DNA of 4,837 nucleotides from a virus (Duplodnaviria > Heunggongvirae > Uroviricota > Caudoviricetes), in IMG/VR virus record IMGVR_UViG_2660238126_000002, positions 1 through 4,837 of that record. One strand, 5' to 3'. How positions within the stretch are numbered: position 1 is the stretch's first letter; each line of letters begins with the position of its first letter. The position numbers and the translations under genes are program-made. The notes beneath the pieces were generated by a model. That model searched no databases, had not been told where the DNA came from, and saw only the letters and a program-made list of their open reading frames with translations. This document shows, one piece after another, positions 1-4,837 of the stretch.

Positions 1-123
1 ATTTTTCCTCCATTGAATTTTATGTTTCGCATCTTAAAACAGACGAGGGAAAATAAAATGTACATGTCGCTGTTTCTGGACCCGCCTCGAGAAATTTTTA
101 TTATTTACTGTTGTGTAACAAGG

Positions 124-474
124 TTATAACGCCATCTGAGCCATTTTCTGATAATTCAATCTGTCTGCTGTATCACCGGGCAAGTGGTATTGTTTATTAC
201 GATAAAAAGCGGTGTCAGTAATCATTACGGCGGGAATATCGTGTTGCCAATAATTCAGGTGGTCAGAGAAATCAATACCGGGAATAAACCATGGGGCATT
301 CATAGAATAAACAGATAAATCCCGGGATGATAACAATGCCGTTTTTACCTGACGAACGGCGTTGATATCCTGTATTCTGCCGACCAGGCAATAAAGTCCC
401 CCCGATCGGGATAAAGCCAGGACATTGCGGGTAAGGGTAATCCTGGCTACCAGGCGCAGAGTCGTAATAGCCAA
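124..474 (-). pseudogene. M28-family zinc peptidase-like gene, C-terminal segment
   Basis: Translation contains NVLALSRSGG and then DFSDH...IPAVMITD...YHLPGDTADRLNY, matching the conserved C-terminal motifs of M28 aminopeptidases as I recall them. The expected catalytic core between the two motif groups is missing. Family assignment is by motif recall, not alignment. Confidence 0.4.
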
Positions 475-815
475 TCGGGGACGCCCTGCGCGGTAACTCT
501 GGCACCGCTACTGACAAAGAACTCTTTTATATACTCTACGGACCTATTCAGATTATCAATATTGTCGGCATTACGTGGATGCACAGTTTGTGTAAGATAA
601 CGAACTGTTTTTTCTAATTGCTCAGGACTGACGTGTCGGGGCGTTGGCGATAATGCAGTGACCCAGGGTTGGTAAAAATAATCAGAGGGAGTGAAATCAG
701 AAATAATATAACAAAAGGAGCGCGAAAATACCGTCAGCATGGTATTGCGGGCGGTCATCGTCTGCTGGTTGGTGATCCAGAAGGTTTTATAACCCGCCTG
801 TTTCATCATGTTCAT
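447..815 (-). pseudogene. Same M28-like gene, N-terminal segment in a different frame
   Basis: Translation ...RYLTQTVHPRNADNIDNLNRSVEYIKEFFVSSGARVTAQG resembles the N-terminal region of M28 peptidases. The frame is open upstream to 923 with no SD before the ATG at 815, and it overlaps the 124-474 ORF in another frame, implying a frameshift near 447-474. Confidence 0.4.
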
Positions 816-910
816 CAGCGACGGCTGCGTCAGATACAGATCCGGGTTCTTTTCATTGGCAAAGGTCAGCGNNTNTATCGCGCTGATTTGGCAATTGTGA
901 TGATAAAATA

Positions 911-929
911 AAGTGAAGTTTTTTCACTT
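911..929. promoter_or_regulatory. Perfect inverted repeat AAGTGAA-gtttt-TTCACTT, candidate operator just upstream of the HTH gene
   Basis: 7-bp arms with a 5-bp spacer read directly from the sequence, 16 bp upstream of the ATG at 945 and next to a plausible SD (aaagg at 934-938). Confidence 0.3.
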
Positions 930-944
930 TTTCAAAGGTGTTTT

Positions 945-1196
945 ATGACTGGCTGGGAACTGCGAATCTGGCGAAAAAGCATGCTCTGGTCACGCGAAAA
1001 AGCGGCCAGAGAATTTGGCGTGACGCAGAGAACATGGCACGCCTGGGAAAATGCGGAACAGGTGGACGTCACCGTCTGGAGGACCACCCAGGCACTTTCA
1101 GTCCGTGACCTGCTGCCTCACATGCAGGGGATGCGCAAGGCAGATATCATCAGGCGTCTGGAAAATGAACTGGGGGAAACGGCAGAGGATGTGTGA
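945..1196 (+). CDS. Small HTH DNA-binding protein (XRE/Cro-like), 83 aa
   Basis: ATG at 945 with SD-like aaagg 6-10 nt upstream; stop TGA at 1194-1196. The segment REKAAREFGVTQRTWHAWENA fits an HTH pattern of the XRE/Cro type. Confidence 0.6.
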   Translation: MTGWELRIWRKSMLWSREKAAREFGVTQRTWHAWENAEQVDVTVWRTTQALSVRDLLPHMQGMRKADIIRRLENELGETAEDV

Positions 1197-1207
1197 GCGT
1201 GATTCAC

Positions 1208-1228
1208 AGCCTGGCAGAATGCCAGGCT
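1208..1228. terminator. Hairpin between convergent genes (AGCCTGGCA-gaa-TGCCAGGCT)
   Basis: Perfect 9-bp stem with 3-nt loop between the HTH gene stop (1196) and the stop of the minus-strand small ORF (1227). No clear U-tract on either strand, so terminator function is inferred from position only. Confidence 0.35.
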
Positions 1229-1433
1229 ACTGCTCATCAGGAAACAGTTTTTTCAGTTCTTCACCGGAAAGTCCGGCTGCCTCCTGAATCCGTTCCGGCG
1301 TCCAGCCCATATCCCGCAGCCGGCAGGCTGCTTCCCGCGCCACTTCAAGCGCACCTTTCTTAAAACCTTCTTTAAAACCTTCGTCGAAACCTTCGTCGAA
1401 ACCTTTCTGTATAAGACGTTCTGCAATCGTCAT
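1227..1433 (-). CDS. Orphan Rpn-family C-terminal-domain-like small protein (DUF4351-type), 68 aa
   Basis: [60 protein letters not shown] matches the C-terminal tail of YhgA/Rpn-like (transposase_31) proteins: repeated (E/K)G units followed by a ...GLS.EEL segment. The N-terminal nuclease domain is absent; the frame is open only to 1511 upstream. Confidence 0.55.
   Translation of the reverse strand: MTIAERLIQKGFDEGFDEGFKEGFKKGALEVAREAACRLRDMGWTPERIQEAAGLSGEELKKLFPDEQ
1359..1406. repeat. Four tandem copies of a ~12-bp unit (aaaccttcgtcg-like) inside the small ORF
   Basis: Read directly: ttaaaaccttct / ttaaaaccttcg / tcgaaaccttcg / tcgaaacctttc, encoding the [17 protein letters not shown] repeat. 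Confidence 0.7.
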
Positions 1434-1456
1434 ACTGTTTTCTCTGCTCCTGCTGG

Positions 1457-1482
1457 CAAAAGGCCCGGTATTTTGCCGGGCT
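1457..1482 (-). terminator. Candidate intrinsic terminator on the minus strand
   Basis: Minus-strand read is AGCCCGG-caaaata-CCGGGCC followed by TTTTG: a GC-rich 6-bp stem plus a short U-tract. Confidence 0.4.
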
Positions 1483-1512
1483 GTGAGGTTCTCATCAGTG
1501 AATGATTTTCTT

Positions 1513-1698
1513 CAGTTCAACCTGCTCGACACCCCGGGGCACGAAGACTTCTCGGAAGATACCTATCGTACCCTGACGGCGGTGGACTGCTGCCTGATGG
1601 TTATCGACGCTGCAAAAGGTGTTGAAGATCGTACCCGTAAGCTGATGGAAGTTACCCGTCTGCGCGACACGCCGATCCTCACCTTTATGAACAAAGAC
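1513..1698 (+). pseudogene. prfC: Internal fragment of peptide chain release factor 3 gene (about 60 codons)
   Basis: Translation [59 protein letters not shown] matches the G-domain region of PrfC (about residues 78-137 by recall). Flanking residues on both sides do not match PrfC, and there is no native start or stop. Confidence 0.75.
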
Positions 1699-1882
1699 CA
1701 GCGATCGGTGAGATCGTGCCGCCCGGCGTCGATCAGGGTGATCGCGTCGTTAAACTTCACTACGCCGCTGCATGGCTGGCGGCGATACTGCGGCGAGCGC
1801 CGCGCTCTGGCGCAGGCCGCGCACTCGCAGCCCCATGCCGGAACGCCCTGTGCGCCGCCAGTGCCGGTGAGCGTGAGGGTNA

Positions 1883-2248
1883 GGCCANNTCTNCNTCTCG
1901 CATGTTCTGCATGATGATGCGACGGCGGCGGTAAGCCGGGTCCGCCAGATTCTGCGGATCTTCATCCGGCAGGCGACGCAGGGTCATCTGCGGATTCACC
2001 TCATGCTTGGGTTTGACATATCCCGGCGTAAATTCAGAGGTGGAGCCGCCACGGGAACGGATAACCTCACCGGAAACAATCGGCGAAACGTACAGCGCCA
2101 TGTTTACCAGTCCCGGAATTTGTGAGAGATAGACTTTCTCCGTGGTGAAGGGATAGCTCTCACGGAAAAAGAGACGCAGAAACAGCGGATCAAACTTAAA
2201 TTTCTGCTCATTTGCCGCCAGCAGCTGGGCGGTTGTGTACATCGACAT
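1883..2248 (-). pseudogene. E: Lambda-type major capsid protein gene, 5' fragment (first ~122 codons)
   Basis: MSMYTTAQLLAANEQKFKFDPLFLRLFFRESYPFTTEKVY...PAYRRRRIIMQNMR matches the N-terminus of lambda gpE. Similarity stops after about codon 122, at the N-containing stretch 1881-1895, and the frame continues into unrelated GC-rich sequence. Confidence 0.9.
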
Positions 2249-2268
2249 AAAAAAATCCCGTAAAAAAA

Positions 2269-2282
2269 GCCGCACAGGCGGC
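2269..2282 (-). other. Short hairpin in the D-E intergenic region, followed by a T-run on the coding strand
   Basis: Minus-strand read is GCCGC-ctgt-GCGGC then TTTTTTT (plus-strand A-run 2262-2268), ending about 14 nt before the E start codon. No SD is visible for E. Confidence 0.3.
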
Positions 2283-2303
2283 CTTTAGTGATGAAGGGTA
2301 AGG

Positions 2304-2636
2304 TTAAACGATGCTGATTGCCGTTCCGGCAAACGCGGTCCGTTTTTTCGTCTCGTCGCTGGCAGCCTCCGGCCAGAGCACATCCTCATAACGGAACGTG
2401 CCGGACTTGTAGAACGTCAGCGTGGTGCTGGTCTGGTCAGCATCAACCGCCAGAATGCCAACGGCAGTACCGTCGGTGGTGCCATCCCACGCAACCAGCT
2501 TACGGGTGGAGGTGTCCAGCATCAGCGGGGTCATTGCAGGCGCTTTCGCACTCAATCCGCCGGGCGCGGTTGCCGTATGTGCCGGGTCACTGTTGCCCAG
2601 CGGCTGGTAATGGGTAAAGGTTTCTTTGCTCGTCAT
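2304..2636 (-). CDS. D: Lambda-type head decoration protein, 110 aa, intact
   Basis: [56 protein letters not shown]...TAISIV is near-identical to lambda gpD as recalled. SD AAGGGA lies 5 nt upstream of the ATG at 2636. The 9-nt gap to the upstream stop and 55-nt gap to E match the lambda spacing I recall. Confidence 0.95.
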   Translation of the reverse strand: MTSKETFTHYQPLGNSDPAHTATAPGGLSAKAPAMTPLMLDTSTRKLVAWDGTTDGTAVGILAVDADQTSTTLTFYKSGTFRYEDVLWPEAASDETKKRTAFAGTAISIV

Positions 2637-2645
2637 AAACATCCC

Positions 2646-3041
2646 TTACACTGGTGTGTTCAGCAAATCGTTAACGGCATCAGATGCCGGGTTACCTGCA
2701 GCCAGTGGTGCCGGTGCCCCCTGCATCAGACGATCCAGCGCAGTGTCACTGCGCGCCTGTGCACTCTGTGGTGCAGCTGCCAGAATGCGGCGGGCCGTTT
2801 CCACGGTCATACCGGGGGTTTCGGCCAGCACACGTGCCTGTTCTTCGCGTCCGTGAGCTTCCTCACAGTTGAGGATCCCCATAATGCGGCTGTTTTCTGC
2901 CGCAACCGCAGCGGTGATCTGCGCGTTCACGTCCGGCTGCGCCGCGCTGGCGTTTTCGCCCTCCGTCGCTTGCACCACGTCAGTAACGTCAGCCTGCGAA
3001 GCAGTGGCTGAAACAGTTGTTGATTGAGTCTCTTTGGTCAT
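2646..3041 (-). CDS. Nu3: Lambda-type scaffolding protein, nested in-frame in the C-like ORF, 131 aa
   Basis: Internal ATG at 3041 is preceded by a strong SD (AGGAGG, then gcgaa). Product MTKETQSTTVSATASQ...NDLLNTPV is Ala/Gln-rich and scaffold-like. It contains GGATCC at 2873-2878 and GGTTACC at 2690-2696, which I recall as lambda landmark sites. An alternative in-frame ATG exists at 3251. Confidence 0.8.
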   Translation of the reverse strand: MTKETQSTTVSATASQADVTDVVQATEGENASAAQPDVNAQITAAVAAENSRIMGILNCEEAHGREEQARVLAETPGMTVETARRILAAAPQSAQARSDTALDRLMQGAPAPLAAGNPASDAVNDLLNTPV

Positions 3042-3617
3042 TCGCCCTCCTGAGAGACGGGATTTACGTGCATCCAGTGCATCACGCATAACGGTGATCG
3101 CATCGGTGCTGTTGACAAGTTCATCAGCCAGTCCGGCATCAATGGCCTCCTGACCGCTGTACATTGCAGCCTCGGTATCCAGCACAGCCTGCACGGACAG
3201 GCCGGTATATGCCGACACCTTCTGCGCAAACATCCGGCNGGTTGCATCCATCCGGGNCTGCAGTGTCTCGCCGTCATAGGTAATCGGGTTACCGCACGCT
3301 TCCGGGTTCCAGCCCAGCAGAGCCTTAAAGAGCATCTGCCGGACATCGTCCACCACATCATACGAGGCAAACTGACCGCGCTCATCACGCCCGTTACTCA
3401 GTATGACAACCACGGAGAAGCCCTCTTTCAGCTCCTGCCAGTAGTCGGTCTGGCTTTTGTTTTCTCCCGGAGAGTCATCACCCGGTACCACATACGCCGC
3501 CGGGAGTCTCAGCTTTCCGACCTCCGGCAGATTTTTGAACTGTGCCGCGCCTGCTACCCGGTTTTCAAAATACGGGCAGCGGGCACGCAGCGCAGCAATA
3601 ACAGGCGTCAGTTTCAT
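2646..3617 (-). CDS. Chimeric ORF: non-lambda N-terminal ~110 aa joined in-frame to the C-terminal part of a lambda C-like (S49 prohead protease) gene plus Nu3
   Basis: Continuous 323-codon frame. Residues from about 110 onward (...ETLQ.RMDAT.RMFAQKVSAYTGLSVQAVLDTE...) match the lambda gpC C-terminus. Residues 1-110 (MKLTPVIAALRARCPYFENRVAGAAQ...) carry no S49 catalytic-core motif that I can recognise. The ATG at 3617 overlaps the upstream ORF stop (ATGA, 3614-3617). N bases sit at 3239 and 3257. Confidence 0.6.
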   Translation of the reverse strand: MKLTPVIAALRARCPYFENRVAGAAQFKNLPEVGKLRLPAAYVVPGDDSPGENKSQTDYWQELKEGFSVVVILSNGRDERGQFASYDVVDDVRQMLFKALLGWNPEACGNPITYDGETLQXRMDATXRMFAQKVSAYTGLSVQAVLDTEAAMYSGQEAIDAGLADELVNSTDAITVMRDALDARKSRLSGGRMTKETQSTTVSATASQADVTDVVQATEGENASAAQPDVNAQITAAVAAENSRIMGILNCEEAHGREEQARVLAETPGMTVETARRILAAAPQSAQARSDTALDRLMQGAPAPLAAGNPASDAVNDLLNTPV

Positions 3618-4018
3618 CTGTGTCGTCGCTCCGGCTTCAGTGATTTACGCAATTCCCGCGCCAGAAAATAGCGTGTCCAGCTGCGGTTCTTTTCAAGCGT
3701 TTCCACCATAAAGTTATTACGTGGAGCCAGCCGCCAGCCGCTGCCACCGGATGCACCACGATGATGACTACGACGACGTTTTGCTCCTCCCCGGACACCA
3801 AAAAACAGAAACGCCGGATAGAAGTCACCAGAGATCATCCGGTTCCCCTTCCCGTTGCGCTGGTTAGGGGCAATGCGTGTCATAAAACCGGCTCGCTTTT
3901 TACTGGCTCTCGGCACCATGTAACCAATCGAACGAGCCAGGCGTCCGGTCTGATAACCGGGGTTTTCACCCGGTGCCGACCGCGCACGGCGCATCACCAG
4001 CCGACGGGCATCACGCAT
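3614..4018 (-). CDS. Arg-rich basic ORF, 134 aa, unknown function; possibly the 3' remnant of a longer phage gene
   Basis: Only open frame on this strand here, with E. coli-like codons (cgt, ctg, ccg, ggt). Stop overlaps the downstream start (ATGA). No SD before the ATG at 4018, which sits exactly where the sequence becomes AT-rich. Frame is open upstream only to 4084 with no further ATG. Confidence 0.35.
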   Translation of the reverse strand: MRDARRLVMRRARSAPGENPGYQTGRLARSIGYMVPRASKKRAGFMTRIAPNQRNGKGNRMISGDFYPAFLFFGVRGGAKRRRSHHRGASGGSGWRLAPRNNFMVETLEKNRSWTRYFLARELRKSLKPERRHR

Positions 4019-4034
4019 ATGACGCTGACCAATC

Positions 4035-4370
4035 GTGACAAACGATAGATTTATAAAATCTTCATTACCGATCCCTGAACTATACTATCTACCACAGAGA
4101 AAATTTACTGGGATTTCTTTAAAATACAAAGGAAAAATCCCATATACACCAGCTAGTTCAAAAATGAAATGGGATATAGTACAGTCTCTTTTGCTGAAAC
4201 AAACATCCTTATTTATATCAAACAACACAATGCAAGGAAGTAGGAGGAAAAACGAGTTCATCATAAACTCAATAATATGGAAAAAAAATGAAACCTCAAA
4301 TTGCGAATATTCAATCGAAGGAGGTGTTTATGCTCTGTTTAGGTATACTGGTAAGCCTGCTGGCTATTAG
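4035..4370 (+). CDS. AT-rich ORF (111 codons from GTG), possibly the 3' remnant of an acquired gene
   Basis: Stop TAG at 4368-4370 is immediately followed by an intrinsic terminator. There is no SD at the GTG start or at internal ATGs. Lys/Asn/Ile-rich, with no recognisable domain. Confidence 0.2.
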   Translation: MTNDRFIKSSLPIPELYYLPQRKFTGISLKYKGKIPYTPASSKMKWDIVQSLLLKQTSLFISNNTMQGSRRKNEFIINSIIWKKNETSNCEYSIEGGVYALFRYTGKPAGY

Positions 4371-4497
4371 ACCCTGCTTCGGCGGGGTTTTTTTATGGGC
4401 ACGGTGCGGGGTGAGTTGTCGGATGCGCTTCGCTTATCCGACCTACAGGGGAGGATATTGTAGGCCCGGTAAACGTGGTGCCATCGGGCAAAATTAG
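4330..4497 (+). CDS. Candidate small ORF (55 aa) with a near-perfect ribosome-binding site
   Basis: AAGGAGGTG at 4318-4326, 3-nt spacer, ATG at 4330. Product begins MLCLGILVSLLAI (hydrophobic). The frame runs through the terminator hairpin and both REP units, which argues against a conventional gene. Confidence 0.2.
   Translation: MLCLGILVSLLAIRPCFGGVFLWARCGVSCRMRFAYPTYRGGYCRPGKRGAIGQN
4371..4394 (+). terminator. Rho-independent terminator, plus strand
   Basis: Stem ACCCTGC / GCGGGGT (7 bp, one G-U pair) with a TTCG loop, followed by a 7-T run (4388-4394). Confidence 0.6.
4416..4489. repeat. Two REP-like palindromic units in opposite orientation (BIME-like)
   Basis: Unit 1 around 4418-4442 is GTCGGATGCGCTTCGCTTATCCGAC, followed by CTAC. 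Unit 2 around 4460-4489 is GTAGGCCCGGTAAACGTGGTGCCATCGGGC. Both resemble the enterobacterial REP consensus (GCCGGATGCG...CTTATCCGGCCTAC) as recalled. Confidence 0.6.
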
Positions 4498-4533
4498 CTC
4501 GGAGTAACAGGTTTTGATTATTTAAGGAAGTGA

Positions 4534-4728
4534 TGGTGGTGGGGGAAGGATTACTCAACGCTGCGCGCTTCGCCCTTCGGGTCGTTGCCTGCGGCAACGC
4601 TCTCTCGCTGCAAAATGAGTCAGGGAAAACGACACAATCAGGCGCTTATCGCCCTGGCGAGACGACGCTGCGACGTTCTGTTCGCCATGATGCGCGACGG
4701 GACTTTTTATACCCCGCAGGCGTCATAA
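4534..4728 (+). mobile_element. Probable 3'-terminal remnant of an IS110-family transposase gene
   Basis: The frame ending at TAA 4726-4728 encodes ...[34 protein letters not shown]. The spacing GK-9-AR-10-RDG and the hydrophobic pattern match the conserved C-terminus of IS110/IS116/IS902 transposases as I recall it. There is no start codon or SD, and no upstream transposase body in the window. Confidence 0.4.
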
Positions 4729-4837
4729 CATGCTTGACAACTTAATAGGGGTCCCCCGCTTCAGCCCCGTAAAACGCATCTGACTCCCGCACAACACGCA
4801 CTTCAGCGGGTCAACCTTTAGTAACCTCTGATACATC

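Noticed and set aside
58-129. 23-codon ORF (MYMSLFLDPPREIFIIYCCVTRL) with a GAGGG about 8 nt upstream
   Set aside because: Very short, no supporting context, and overlaps the 3' end of the minus-strand M28-like gene.
272-911. ORFs 272-517 (-) and 669-911 (+), including a YYDSAPGSQD motif that briefly resembled the M28 HxDS...D metal site
   Set aside because: The motif lies upstream of the NVLA-type motif, the wrong order for an M28 domain. 669-911 is antisense to the M28-like frame. Treated as chance.
1513-1698. prfC fragment as a duplicated phage attachment site
   Set aside because: Phages that integrate into protein genes carry the 3' end of the target gene. This fragment is internal and lacks the gene end.
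1051-1965. ORFs 1051-1287 (+), 1563-1760 (-), 1716-1934 (+), 1750-1965 (-) and the tail of 1760-2275 (-)
   Set aside because: They overlap better-supported features (HTH gene, prfC fragment, E fragment) or lie in the unrecognised GC-rich junction segment. No RBS and no recognisable motifs.
2318-3011. Plus-strand ORFs 2318-2617, 2422-2610, 2577-3011, 2626-2856, 2684-2872
   Set aside because: They are antisense to the recognisable lambda-type D and Nu3/C genes and give low-complexity Arg/Cys-rich products. Shadow ORFs of GC-rich coding sequence.
3038-3828. ORFs 3038-3388 (-), 3457-3711 (+), 3637-3828 (-), 3761-4048 (+)
   Set aside because: Alternative frames or antisense of the fusion ORF and the Arg-rich ORF, with no start signals and implausible composition.
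4016-4021. CATATG (NdeI) at the start codon of the Arg-rich ORF, suggesting an engineered cloning junction
   Set aside because: No other vector-like sequence in the window, and the REP units point to native chromosomal DNA. Treated as coincidence.
4367-4597. Minus-strand ORF 4367-4597 (TTG start)
   Set aside because: Runs antisense through the REP units and terminator. Ala/Arg/Pro-rich product typical of a non-coding frame.
4734-4739. TTGACA hexamer as a possible -35 promoter element
   Set aside because: No acceptable -10 hexamer at 16-18 bp spacing downstream.
4530-4745. ORF 4530-4745 (+) as listed in the ORF track
   Set aside because: The transposase-like motif lies in the neighbouring frame (4534-4728), so the listed frame is probably the wrong one for this region.
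1-4837. CRISPR array, tRNA or rRNA genes
   Set aside because: No regularly spaced direct repeats with unique spacers, no tRNA-like conserved arm motifs and no rRNA-like sequence were found on either strand.

Overview
Mosaic, decayed accessory region of an enterobacterial chromosome. The core (about 1883-3290, minus strand) is a ~1.4 kb block colinear with the phage lambda head-gene module: the 3' part of C containing the nested scaffold gene Nu3, an intact decoration gene D, and only the first ~122 codons of major capsid gene E. Identification rests on recognising the proteins plus lambda landmarks recalled from memory (C-D gap 9 nt, D-E gap 55 nt, a GGATCC site at 2873-2878). Upstream, Nu3 sits in one continuous ORF with a non-lambda ~110-aa N-terminal segment, preceded by an Arg-rich 134-aa ORF that starts exactly at an abrupt switch to AT-rich DNA. 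Downstream, E breaks off into a GC-rich segment of unknown origin and an internal fragment of prfC. The flanks carry an orphan Rpn C-terminal-like (DUF4351-type) small ORF, a small XRE/Cro-like HTH gene, a disrupted M28-peptidase-like gene, a REP pair (BIME) and a probable IS110-family transposase 3' remnant. Every cluster of N bases lies at or near a mosaic junction, so assembly artefact must be excluded before the junctions are read biologically. No tRNA, rRNA or CRISPR array was seen. I see no evidence for a complete novel system; the most unusual objects are the Nu3-containing fusion ORF and the orphan Rpn-like ORF.
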